Shown: positions 9,704 to 22,081, numbered from the stretch's first letter. The stretch: 22,081 nucleotides of DNA from Folioceros fuciformis (GCA_049999805.1 JBNGIO010006265.1:177161-199241); one strand, 5' to 3'. Notes: generated from the letters alone by a model not told the origin. Translations and numbers: made by a program.

Positions 9704-9781
9704 TGAGAAATGGCTAATAAGCATTTCTCTGAGAAATGGCTAATAAGCATTTCTCTGAGAAATGCCTAATAAACATTTCTC
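9704..9781. repeat. 26-bp tandem repeat of a palindromic unit (TGAGAAATGGCTAATAAGCATTTCTC) x3
   Basis: Units at 9704-9729, 9730-9755 and 9756-9781. Each has GAGAAATG/CATTTCTC arms. Confidence 0.9.
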
Positions 9782-10040
9782 AGAGTTATCTGAGATATAT
9801 CTTACAAGTGTATCTTAGGCTCTAAAGTTTTTTTCTACGAGATAGGTCTAATAAGTGTATATGGTGTTTTAGAGAGAGATGTCTAACAACTGTATTTGGG
9901 GTTTTTTGAGAGGGTGTTGGGCTGATGGTGTTCCAGCCGTAGTTTTTTGAGATTGGCTAATGTTGTTTCAGAACCTAATAGTGAGGTTGTTGTGGTTTGT
10001 TGGTGAGTTTTCCAAGAATTTGTTTATATATATATATGAT

Positions 10041-11470
10041 ATGGCACAAGATCGTGAGCTTTTATATAGGATACCTAAGTTCAATGGTTCTAATTTTTCT
10101 TTTTGGAAGTTTCGTGTACTAAGGTTTATCCTCAAAATGATAACCCAACAAAATAATTTGTCTTGGAGGCAAAAGAAATCAAAAGCTCTCATGCTTTTAA
10201 TTAGATCTATTGAAGATCATTGTCTTGGCCAACTTACTACTGCAGCAGAGTTATGGCCAGTGTTGCTTTCTTCTTATGAAGAAAGCAACACCGTCTTAGC
10301 GCGGCACCCTCTCAAGCCAATCTTGCTTAACTCATGGATTTCAAGATGGGCACATCTCAATCAGTTAAAGACTTCATTGATCAATTTACTTCTCTCATTG
10401 TTGATTGTCAAGCTTCTAGATTGGAGGTGTCTATGGAAATGTAAATTTTCCATCTTCTTCGAGCATTGCCTTCTTCTTATGAGGCTTTCAAATTGTCCTC
10501 TAATAATGGTGCTCTTTGACTTACTATTGAAGCTTTGCGAGAGTTATTGTTCATTGAGGAGTTATGACGGAAAAAGATACGATCTGATGGTAGTTCAGAT
10601 GAGGCCTTACTTGGCTATCAAGCGAAAAGGCAACGTCTTCCTCAAAGTGGGAACTGGAGTCCTTTTGTGCGTAATAATTCTCCTTTTCCTTCTTCTTAGG
10701 CTGCTGTGGTACCGCAGTTTTCAGGATCATCGTCTCATCCAACGGGATCTACTATTTGTTTTCGATGTCATCGCTCAGGGCATATTGCTCATTTTTGTCG
10801 TTTTTCTTCATGTTCTCCTTATCAGAGTAATATTACTATTACTGATGCTGCGTATTTTGTTCCACCTACTAGATCTTCTATGTCTTCTCCTACTTTTGAG
10901 TTTTTTGTCCTTGCTCTTTTGAGTGCTAGGAGTTCTGTTGGCAATGAGTCGTATATTGATTCTGGGGCATCTTAGCATATGACAAGTCGAAGGGACTTAT
11001 TTTCCACTTTTCATCCCCAGTCTGATGGTCAGCAGGTTTATCTTGGTGACAATTCTTCTCATCATATTGTGGGTATTGGTGATATTGGAGTTGTCTAGTC
11101 TGATGGCTCTACTACATATCTTTGTAATGGCTTGTATGTTCCTAGTTTGCATAAGAACTTGTTATCAGTTCATTCATGTGTCAACTTGGTTTGTTTGTTG
11201 AGTTTCATTCTGATCGCTGTATAATTAAACGGCTTTATACTCAAGATGTTGTTGCTACAGGCTATATTGTTGGTCAGTTATATAAGTTGGATTGCAAAGG
11301 AATTCAACCACAAGTTAAGGGTAATTATGCAGAGTTGCCATTGTAGCAATTATAGCTTTTTCGTTTGGGTCATGTGCATCCACGGAAAGTCCTTCAATTA
11401 GCTCATGACTATGGTTTTTATGTTCCCTCATTAAATACCCATTTTGTTTGTTCAGGTTCTGTTCTTGCAT
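10041..11470 (+). pseudogene. Copia gag-pol pseudogene fragment
   Basis: MAQDRELLYRIPKFNGSNFSFWKFRV (copia gag N-terminus), KALMLLIRSIED...TTAAELW (UBN2-like), CFRCHRSGHIAHFC zinc knuckle at 10757-10798, YIDSGAS*HMT protease motif at ~10952-10985, LYVPSLHKNLLSV, and RLGHV pre-integrase. Contains frameshifts and stops and ends before the integrase core. Confidence 0.9.
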
Positions 11471-12360
11471 CGGCGTAAAGTGTTATCAGCTCATTCTAAT
11501 TCCCAACTTACCAAAAAGCAAAAAAAACACTAAGTCTCACACTTCGGCAGAGGATTTCTAAACATTTTTTTGTTTACACTAGCCCCAGCAAATGCACAAA
11601 ACCCTAGTGAGGCGCGGCGACTCCCATCCATTACACGCGATTAAGCCTTATCCGTTTTCGGCTGCTTTATGATTATGGCGTACAAAATATATAATAAGAG
11701 GGGGTGTTAAGAAATAAGCTTAGACTTATTAGGCATTATATATTTAGGCTAGACTTAGACCTCAGTTTTAGCTTCAGTTTGGTTTAGAAGGACGGTTAAA
11801 TAACCGCCTCCCTCACACACTACTTTATACACATAGCTCCCGCACTTCGCTATAAACGTTATTCTACTCAATCCTACATGCATAGCCATCACCTGAACCG
11901 TTCAAAGAGGCAAACATTACCGCATGGACAATGAAAATGCACTTGGGCGTTGATTCCAGCTTCCCAAGAGACGTATGTGGAGCACCTTTGAAGAGGGAAT
12001 TTGGCAGCCCACGGAGGATAATATAATGTGGAGTCTACACAACATTTCATGCATGATTACAACTGGGTATTTTGGGAGGCCGTGGATTTGTTCTTGAATA
12101 ACAAATTCTGAAGTGTCGCGAGTAAGGCAACTACATATTCCAAATAATGGACCTTGCATAGGAACACTACACACACATGGAAGAAGCAGCGCTTACGCCC
12201 AATATTACACAACTACCACAACACTCATGGCTGAAGAGTCATGTATGTGAAGTACTAGCCAACAAAGGTGGTTAAGTTAAAGTCATAACAGCTAAGAAGG
12301 TCAAGATCGGCAAGGGTAGGTCTCATGAAGCCTGATCAAATAAGACAACAAATAGCATTT

Positions 12361-12555
12361 AGTTAGAAATGCCATGCGGAAGCATCTTGCATCAAGTAGA
12401 TGCTTTACTAAGAATGATAAACAATCAACTAAGGTTTAGGTTCATAGGTGGGCTTTTAAAGGGTAACGAAGGGTTGTGTCCTTTCGCTAGCTTGCTAGTT
12501 AACTAACTACATTTAAAGCTAAGGCCTAGTACGTGGTCTGCTTTTTCTTTTAACT
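12361..12555 (-). repeat. 3' LTR (195 bp)
   Basis: Direct repeat of 16641-16862 with 9 substitutions and a 27-bp indel by manual count. Adjacent to the PPT. Confidence 0.93.
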
Positions 12556-13664
12556 CTCCCCCTCAGACACCTTGCGGGTTGCTGTTATATAAGAGCTTCA
12601 TTAAACAAAAGGAGATCACTCTTGTTGTAGTCAAGCTTCCAGCCTTGCTCAATTCGGCTATCACCTAGAGTCGATCAAACTACTTCTCGGTGAGCCTGTA
12701 GTGTATAGCAACTCGTGGAGAAGAACACCACTCTTGTGACCAGAAAAGAGTAAGCTTTCCGCAACGACTTACAACTCCTAGTGACGGAATAAAAACGGAT
12801 AGCCCCACCAAATGAGTGACCTAAATCGTACAGCATTGTACAGTATCTATAGTCTACTATTCCAATGACCACTTTTCTGAGAAAGCCAAAAAATCATATT
12901 CATCACCGATTGCTAACAACTCCACTCAACTGCTTTAGGATTGGAACCCTTTGAAAGCGTAAGTAGAACTCCCTCTGCAACAAAGATAATCTGCATGTCT
13001 TCAGAGGTAGTGAAGTTGGCTTGTTGAACTCCTTTTTTCTATTCCATAGGTGCCTTGGAAACGCCATGTATTGCACCAACGTAACGGGGCACCATGATTC
13101 TAATAGCAAGTTCACTGGTACTCCTCGCCATGGCTTGTTCATCTTCCCCCTCTCAAGCGTAAACTATGAACATTGGAATCGCTTGAGGTGAAGAAGCCAA
13201 TTATAAAGAGCAGTGCAACTAGCATCCAGAACATGGAAGTGTGAGAAGAGCATCGCCACGGTACGATCTCCCTCTAAATGGGCCATCTATCAAGATCGAT
13301 GCTACTAGATTAGTGAGGCAACAACTATAAGAACAAATTTGCCCACGAAATGTACAAGACATGACGCGGACGACCGCATGCAATATCGGGTGGAGAAGAC
13401 AATCTCCCTAGCCGAAATCAAGCGGAACATGTCGACTTGCAAGACTTGTCGTACGAAGACGATATCTTTCGCCATGATGTGAACATGTGTCTATGGCTAC
13501 AGTTGTGCACTAACTCCGCAAAAGCAATTAGCCACAAATCCTGTAGATAGAAACCACCAAACACACAGTTAGAGCACGAGGTTGGGCTGATCTAGGTACT
13601 AGGTCTTGGCCTTGGAGACGACGGCAGCATTCTCCATCCTTGGCTCTTGGCAGGCCTCACCAGC

Positions 13665-14487
13665 CTATTTCTTCCGACACTCTCTCTCCCAATGGTCAGG
13701 TATCTGGCACCAATGACATGTCCCCTCTCGCTAAGGAGACTTGGAAGAACCCGAAGATCCCTGAGAGCTCCTGTTCTTATTTTGTTGTGACCTACCATTG
13801 GTCATGAACGTGACCCTTTCTCCCCCGTGTTCAGATGTGCCAGCATTGAACCTAGCAGCCTCCTCTTGAAGGAGAGCCCCAACGACCTCTGACACAGTGA
13901 TATTCAGGACCATGCCCGACTAGACAGCTCAGTGAGCATTTCTCACCGTCTGGATCTGGGAAGAGATAAAGGTTTGATAGCTAGCCGGAAGACTAGCTAA
14001 GAGTTGGACTGCAATATCAAATTCAGAAATTACTATCCCAAGTGCTATAAGCTGAGCACTCAGATACCTAAACTTACTCACGTGTACAGCAACACTGTCG
14101 TTAGGTTGCATGCGTAGGGAGTAGAACTCCAATTGCACCGTGACAAGTGTCATCACGTTTGTAGATTGATAAATATCGATGATCTGCTTCCATGCTTCAG
14201 CAGTTGTGTTGGCTTCGTTTGTGTGGTGAAGTGTAACTTCATCCAAACCAGAGACTATCATCTGCATAGACCCATGGATTTATAGATGGTCGATTGGTTC
14301 CTTGAGCATTGAGGGTTGGTTTCAAGCTAGTACATTCGACAATCGGGAGAAGATCCCGAGTGTTCAAGGCACACTTCATGCGACGTGACGATACCTCAAA
14401 CTTTATACCATCAAAGCAATCCTTCTCCTTGAAGTCAGTGTTGATATTTGTAATGAAAAAAGTAGGTGTTAAAGGTTAAGTAGCCAT
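13665..14487 (-). pseudogene. Copia gag pseudogene (UBN2-like domain plus CCHC zinc knuckle)
   Basis: Probable ATG at 14487, then FDGIKFEV...RMKCAL, MIVSGLDE...TTAEAWKQI...QLEFYSLRMQPNDSVAVHVSKF...LLASLPASYQTFISS...LLQEE, and CHWCQIPDHWEREC at ~13677-13718. Contains internal stops and a frameshift. Confidence 0.88.
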
Positions 14488-14523
14488 CCTTAAGAGATTT
14501 CACTCAAGAGCAAACGGTCGAGA

Positions 14524-15230
14524 TGTTGTGACACTTCGACTAGATCGCATATTAGAGAGAAATACGTCTTCAAAGATTAGCAAAACAATTTGCAGATATC
14601 AGCGTTGATCTTGCAGACTTGAACCTGCGCTCAAGAGCTGGTTTTGCTGTGCAACCCACTTTTTGTCTTGGAGACTTGAACCTCCAGTGCACACAACTCG
14701 TTGTAATTATCTTCAGTCAAGAAGAAGGACTAATTTCCTTGATATTGTAGGTTTCTCTTCACATGTGAAGAGCAATGTGCCTTGAAATTACAGTAGAGCT
14801 TGTGTCTGTTAAGCATGATTAATGTTGATATTAATTAGTGCTAATCCAGCTTATTGAGTTTGTACTAATTAGTGGTAAGAGTGATTAAGGTTATGATTAA
14901 TATATATATATATAGCTTATTAGACTTTGCTATGTTGGGCAAAAGAAGTATTGTAGGGTTTGGTTGGGGTCATTTATCCCATATTGGGCACTAAATGAGA
15001 GTGCCACCCATAGGTCCATAAAAGAAGGGATGAACCCACTTAGTATAGGCAGTCTAACTCCCTCTTCACTTGTATTGTGTTGTTTTTGTAATTCTCCTTT
15101 TTATTTTAGTTTAAGAGCCTTGTTATAGTGCTCTTAGTTTTGGGATTCTGCATCTTGCTTCAACTAACTTGTTTTAACCTCCTTTGAGCATGGCGGGGGT
15201 GACATCTCAACAGTGTCAACTTGCTGGAAT
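14524..15230 (+). mobile_element. Nested LTR (14524-15212, TG...CA) of a second, probably Ty3/gypsy-type, element followed by an 18-nt PBS-like tail
   Basis: Begins TGTTGTGA and ends TCTCAACA (terminal inverted repeat TGTTG/CAACA). AT-rich with a TATA-like box. Followed by gTGTCAACTTGCTGGAAT, which resembles the tRNA-Arg PBS TGGCGACTC(C/T)(A/G)CTGGGGA. CGAGA flanks both sides. Confidence 0.55.
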
Positions 15231-16003
15231 CGAGATTTCCACGGGCCTTAATTAAAGGCAAGATAAGTGAAATCATCAAAAGATGTTTTGTAAAAACATT
15301 ATTATGAAGGCGAATGGTTTATCTAGGGAAGGGGAGTTTTGAAACGTCACGTCGCTTCGGGCGGCACAGTTTTGAGGCGCCCCTCCTCCTCCCCCTTACC
15401 AACTTGCCTCTGTTGGGATGGGTATGGAATCTGACCACCTCGGTACCATTTCCTCAAGAGATTTTAACCATCTGCCACCATAAGAGGAGCTCCACTGTTG
15501 CGAGAGCCTAGAGCTTCTATGCCAGGCCGTCGCACTCTCAAAATATTGAAAGATTGCATAAGAAAGGAGCACGCAAGTAGCACCTCACAAAATTGCAGGT
15601 TGGAAATTGAAGGCGTTGTAAGGAAAGGGAAGGTGAGATCTGGGCCAGGCACCTCCTTAAGAGACCGCTCCCCCTACATGCCTGCAGATTGAGGGAACTT
15701 GAGCTGGTTTAGAGATACTATGATTAACTGAGCTCCAATCCCCCTCTTCCCCAATCACGCTCCAATTAGCAATTTCTCGTGAGTTGAGGCGCCTAGATCT
15801 TAGCAGAGAAGGGCGCCCTGTAGGTGCGACCAGCCTTGGCCTAAAATCGCTGTGAATGGGGCATCGGCACCTCCGATCGGTGTGCCCAATGATCCTCCTT
15901 CTTCTTCTTCTTCTTCTTCTCCATGAGAATGTATATGATCCTACCTATCTGCCTAGAAGGGAATTGTAAGAGCCAATGGACTGGACTTCATCAAAACTTC
16001 AAA

Positions 16004-16133
16004 ATTAAGCGCCCAACCCACGGATCAGATTAAGCGCCCAACCCATGGATCAGATTAAGCGCCCAACCNNNNNNNNNNATCAGATTAAGCGCCCAACCCA
16101 TGGATCAGATTAAGCGCCCAACCCACGGATCAG
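16004..16133. repeat. 25-bp tandem repeat (ATTAAGCGCCCAACCCAYGGATCAG), at least 5 copies
   Basis: Directly visible, with a 10-N gap inside. Lies between the PBS and gag of the minus-strand element. Confidence 0.92.
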
Positions 16134-16235
16134 TACCTGGATAGCGAGCCTAACATAGGGTTCTTATGGCTCAATACTCATTCTTTTAAAACGAGATACA
16201 CATCTAGAGCTCTTGTAGCCCGTCGTGCTCTCTAG

Positions 16236-16367
16236 AAACTCTTCTTTCTAAACGTAGAATATTCACAACCACCTAAGACTCATATCTTGAATTCGTAAAA
16301 AAACTCTTCTTTCTAAATGTAGAATATTCACAACCACCTAAGACTCATATTTTGAATTCTTAAAAAC
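16236..16367. repeat. 65-bp tandem duplication
   Basis: AAACTCTTCTTTCTAAAYGTAGAATATTCACAACCACCTAAGACTCATAT... at 16236 and 16301. Confidence 0.9.
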
Positions 16368-16489
16368 CCTCAATGATCTTGTGAAGTGAATTTTCTTCCA
16401 TATTTTCTAATGATTTCTAAGAACGTAGTCTAGGACCATTAGAGCCCGTCATACTCTTCAGAAACACTACAAATGTAATATGATACGCT

Positions 16490-16592
16490 ATCTACTCTGC
16501 TCTTTATCAACAGAAGCAATCTACTCTGCTCTTTATNNNNNNNNNNCTTTATCAACAGAAGCAATCTACTCTGCTCTTTATCAACAGAAGCA
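16490..16592. repeat. 29-bp tandem repeat (ATCTACTCTGCTCTTTATCAACAGAAGCA), at least 3 copies
   Basis: Directly visible, with a 10-N gap inside. Lies just downstream of the PBS on the element strand. Confidence 0.9.
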
Positions 16593-16640
16593 AAGAAGAG
16601 ATAGCAAGCAAGTTCATGGCGAATCATTGCTCTGATACCA

Positions 16641-16862
16641 AGTTAGAAATGCCATGCGGAAGCGTCTTGCATCAAGTAAATGCTTTACTAAGAATGATAA
16701 ACAATCAACTAAGGTTTAGATTCATAGGTGGGCTTTTAAAGGGTTACGAAGGATTGTGTCCTTCTGCTAGCTTGCTAATTAACTAACTACATTTAAAGCT
16801 AAGGCCTAGTTAGACTAACCAATGTGGTACAAAACCAACGTGGTCTGCTTTTTCTTCTAACT
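16641..16862 (-). repeat. 5' LTR (222 bp)
   Basis: Direct repeat of 12361-12555. Directly abuts the PBS. Terminal inverted repeat AGTTAGAA...TTCTAACT. Confidence 0.93.
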
Positions 16863-18535
16863 CATTTCCAAGTTTGCTATCATCTTTTCTAACATACAAG
16901 CTATAAAGCTCTTTTCTAACATACAAGCTATAAAGCTAGAAAACTTGCAAGCTATGGAGACGGCAAGGACAAAGCAAAGTCCTCAAATTTATGAAATACA
17001 ACAATACACACATCTAAAGGTGGTTAGAGGTTGCCAAGCTCAAACTAGATATTGGTCCCACTTTACAATCTTGCAAGTGATTACTTGCCAAGCATGTGGG
17101 TTGTTCCCTACCATGGATTCTCACAGGGCAATGGATTCTTACACGGCCATGAATAAGGACTTATCAAGATTTTTCAGGATAGCGACTTATCAAGATTTTT
17201 TCAGGATAGCGGACAAGGACATGGTATTAGGTGTGAGTGAGCCATTTCTCATCTCAAACCACAAACATTCTTGTAACTTTATGGTGTTTCATAATTTGTG
17301 CTAGCCCCCATGCGGCCAAGCACTTGGGTGGAACTTGCACTAAATGACATGCTTGTTTATATTTTGGTTGGGTGTTCCTCCTCAAATTTCACCAAAACCA
17401 GGGAGGGGAGGAATGGGTGAGAGGAGCCTTGCTTGGATATTATTACCTATTTAAATGGAAAAAAATATTGTAAAAAAAGGGACACAGCGGGTTTAATACT
17501 GCCGGATTCCAAGGAGCTCATTCCGCATGATAAAAGGGCTTTCGACAATAGCCCTTCGGCCAAGGGTCTAAAGATCTGGTAACAGGCATCTGGCAAAGGT
17601 CGAAATCTCGAGAGAAAAGAACACTTGTAATTGGCATGTGCAGCGTGCAGGGACCTGCCCCAACCTGAGCACGAGAGAGAAAAGGATCCCCGGAAAGGTG
17701 GGAGCCGTGGACCTCCTGCAGGCGCTCCACGCCTACACGAATCTGGACTGGACTTGGGCATGTGCTATGTGTCGGAGTGAGGCGGAGCTGGTCACAATTA
17801 ATGGTTGTCGTGGGGGAAACGGGGGTATCTAACAACATACAGTATGTGCCCGAGCCTTAGAGAGAAGAGCTGAACATTGAAGTCGGATATTAGGCGAACG
17901 GGCGTCGAGGTCGCATGATTGAAGCCCCCACTTGCCTTCTAGTTTGTCGTTTGCGTTCCCAAAGATTTCTGGCGTGGCGACCAGGTCTCCAAAGTCTTGC
18001 GCAGTCCGTCCATCACGCTCAGGATGCAACAGAAAATCTGACTGCGTTGGGGCAAAAGTGAACCTGAGGACCTAAAACAGGGACAGGGATGGTCAGTACT
18101 CTGCACAACAGATTTTCAGGAAAGGCTCCCCGGGACGAATGGCGGGACGAGTAGGAAATTATGACAGCCAGCCTGGACGCCTGGAATGCTAGAAAGCGCG
18201 GCCCCATCGGGTATCTTAAGTACCAGTAGACCTGCAGGGTGCTACGTGGTGGCATTCCTTGTGCACGCAGCCCTGAGTCTGCTTAGCAGTGCGACTCCCT
18301 CCGTTTCTGTGAACATTTTGTCCGGCTCTGCTTTCGGTCAGGTTGAGTGCCTGAGTTCTTTCCTCAAGGTGAATTCGTTGGTTTCTGAGTTGTGGGGGTG
18401 GTGTGTGCACTGGGTTATGGAAATGCGGTGGTGGCTGTGGGTTGGCGAGAGTGCATGAACTGTATATGGTTGCGTGCAAAACGGAGCTGACTGGGGACTT
18501 GGGGGCTTGTGGGTGATCAGATTGTGGGTTCAGCG

Positions 18536-19886
<1,351 letters not shown>

Positions 19887-20779
19887 CGAGACTTTCCCCT
19901 GAGGATCTGCACGTCACTGTACTGTCATGGGCAATAAAAGCCCGATGTAAAGCATTGTCCCAGCTGTCGTAAGAAAGCTGACGATTCTGTGATTTATCCT
20001 TTTCTCGCACGGAACGAATATCTCCACTTTTTGTCCAGACATTCTCATGGTTGGTGGCACCTCAAGCAGACTTCTGCACAGATACCAACAACATAAATAT
20101 CAGACCCTTTCGGTATCGATGCAGGTAGGAGAAGGGAGAAAGATCTTTCTCCATGTTTGCCGTGAATGTCACCCACATCTCCGGGTTCTGAACCGGACTT
20201 TCGTGCAAAACCTGGTTCTGCAAGAAATACTCATGTGTCGTTAGCGTCTTCCACCGATAAACATCTGAATGCCTTCTGATCCTTTGCTCTTCGCCTGTGG
20301 TTTCAAACCCTCGGCTCGAGCGACAGCTCTCGGAGTTGAGTTATGTTCGCAAAACTGAAGGCTGTGGCATATTATCTTTACAACTTGGAACAAAAGTTAT
20401 TCCAATGATCAGACGCATATTAAAAAATCTAACATAATAGAAAAGAATATTAGGGAATGTCCATGAGTATGAATCAAAACATAAAGAATATTAACTTGTT
20501 AAAATCTTTAGATTATATAAATAAAAAAAAGTTATGAAATTATTTTGAATATAATATAATATTTTATATGCACAATGCTTCGATCGGCACATCATTGCAC
20601 TTCATCGATGAAGTGTAGAACTTAAAACTATATATGTAGAGTCGCGTAATGGAAGAGAGCAGTCACAAGCATTTGGATCAAATATCAAATACCTCAACTC
20701 TTGGTAGGGCATCATGTGTAGTGATGAGAAGCATAGTTTCTTGTTGCGTGCATCTTGGTAATCTTGTCTTTGAGTTGCG

Positions 20780-21836
20780 CATGTCTTGAGGACCTTGCTT
20801 CTAGCTTACTTAAATGTTTGTGCTAGATGTCTTGATGGTCTTGCTGTATCCTGTGTCTGGATGAACTAGTTGTCTTGATGTTCTTAGCGTATCTTTGTCT
20901 GGTGACTAACCTAGTTGTTTTGATTTTCTTACTATATCTTGCTATTTGGCGGCTAACCTAGTTATCTTGATGTTCTTGCTGTATTTTGCATCTGGCAGTT
21001 AACCTAGTTGTCTTGATGTTCTTGTTGTATCTTGCGTCTAACCTTGTCTAATCTTGTAACTGACCGCTAACCTAGTTGTCTTGATGTTCTTGCTATATTT
21101 TGCATCTGGCAGTTAACTTAGTTGTCTTGATGTTCTTGTTGTATCTTGCGTCTAACCTTGTCTAATCTTGTATCTGACGGCTAACCTAGTTGTCTTGATG
21201 ATCTTGCTGTATCTTATGTCTTGCAGCTAACCTGATTGTCTTCATGATCTTATTGTATCTTACTGTCTTGTGGCTGACCTAGTTGTCTTGATGATCTTAC
21301 TGTATCTTGCATCTAGCTAACCTAGTTGCCTTGATGATCTTATTACGTCATGTGTTTAGCTAACCTAGCTATCTTGATGATTTGGTTGTATCTTGTGTTT
21401 GGCTAACCTATTTGTTTTCATGATCTTTATGTATCTTGTGTTTAGCTAATGTAGTTGTCTTCATGATCTTTCTGTATCTTGCATTTGGCTAACCTAATTG
21501 TCCTGATGATCTTGCTATGTCTTGCGTTACGCTAATCTAGACGTGGTAAATGGTCTTTTGTGCTAGATGTCTTGATGATCAAACTGTATTTTGTTTTTGC
21601 TTAGGCCTATACTACCCCAGTCTTCCTATCTAAATGTGTTGATAATCTTGCTGTATCTTGCGCGCGCCTATTTGGCTGACCCAGTCTTCTATGCTAGATG
21701 TCTTTATGATCTTGTTGTTTCTGGCATTAGGCATCTAGCTAATCTAGTCTTCTACACTAAATGTCTTGATGATCTTGTTGTTTCTGAACAAGGAATCTAG
21801 CTGATGTAGTCTTTTGCACTGGATGTCTCGATGATA
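20780..21836. repeat. Degenerate ~44-47-bp satellite (GCTAACCTAGTTGTCTTGATGWTCTTGCTGTATCTTGCRTYTG) with longer derived units
   Basis: The core CTAACCTAGTTGTCTTGATG recurs more than a dozen times. A 114-bp higher-order duplication spans 20952-21179. Confidence 0.9.
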
Positions 21837-22081
21837 TTGTGGCACATATCTTGAGGACCTTGTCTCTCTTTGCAAGTGGTGATGAGCTAACTTAGCTTGT
21901 GTAACCTAGCTAAACAGTACACACGTTGTCAAAAGTTGTGGCACATATCTTGAGGACCTTGTCTCTCTTTGCAAGTGGTGATGAGCTAACTTAGCTTGTG
22001 TAACCTAGCTAAACAGTACACACGTTGTCAAAAGTTGTGGCACATATCTTGAGGACCTTGTCTCTCTTTGCAAGTGGTGAT
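21837..22081. repeat. Perfect 99-bp tandem repeat, at least 2.5 copies, running off the window
   Basis: GGCACATATCTTGAGGACC starts at 21841, 21940 and 22039. Confidence 0.95.

Larger units (their letters stand above)
9065..11470 (+). mobile_element. Truncated, degenerate Ty1/copia LTR retrotransposon (5' LTR, PBS, gag, protease, GAG-pre-integrase)
   Basis: PBS TGGTATCAGAAC (tRNA-iMet type, one mismatch) at 9567-9578 follows an AT-rich LTR-like segment with TATATA. The LTR start at TG 9065 is tentative. Copia polyprotein remnants follow. No matching 3' LTR was found. Confidence 0.8.
12361..16862 (-). mobile_element. Non-autonomous (apparently gag-only) Ty1/copia-type LTR retrotransposon with both LTRs, PBS, PPT and 5-bp TSD
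   Basis: LTRs at 12361-12555 and 16641-16862. PBS TGGTATCAGAGC (rc of 16629-16640). PPT GAGGGGGAG (rc of 12556-12564). TSD CATTT at 12356-12360 and 16863-16867. Decayed copia gag inside. Confidence 0.93.

Noticed and set aside
9960-10922. 320-aa ORF as an intact membrane protein
   Set aside because: The N-terminal part is copia gag. The hydrophobic remainder is out-of-frame read-through after a frameshift, with the zinc knuckle in another frame.
11695-11830. PPT-like AAGAGGGGG followed by TGTTAAG as the 3' LTR of the first copia
   Set aside because: The downstream sequence does not match the putative 5' LTR at 9065-9566. It may belong to another decayed element but that is unsupported.
16884-17304. 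119-aa ORF and two 26-bp tandem duplications
   Set aside because: No recognisable domain. The duplications look like ordinary slippage in decayed intergenic or TE sequence.

Overview
Eukaryotic, land-plant-type genomic DNA with short GT-AG introns. The species cannot be determined from the sequence. From left to right: (1) an intronless minus-strand ORF of at least 556 codons (1669 to beyond the left edge, absent from the ORF track) encoding a BTB/POZ protein whose BTB domain appears split by a ~290-aa low-complexity insert; (2) a tRNA-like element and minisatellites in the ~2 kb head-to-head intergenic region; (3) a cyclin L1 gene (3687-6567, 8 inferred coding exons, one junction hidden in an N gap) with a GC-AG intron and a 36-bp intronic hairpin that encloses a stop-containing alternative acceptor; (4) a truncated, decayed Ty1/copia element (~9065-11470, +); (5) a structurally complete, apparently gag-only Ty1/copia-type element (12361-16862, -) with a CATTT target-site duplication and non-canonical AG...CT LTR termini, which carries a nested LTR plus an 18-nt PBS-like tail; (6) a 4-exon class III secretory peroxidase (18536-19886) with a Gly/Lys-rich insert; (7) layered satellite arrays running off the right edge. 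All calls come from manual reading and translation. No searches were run.
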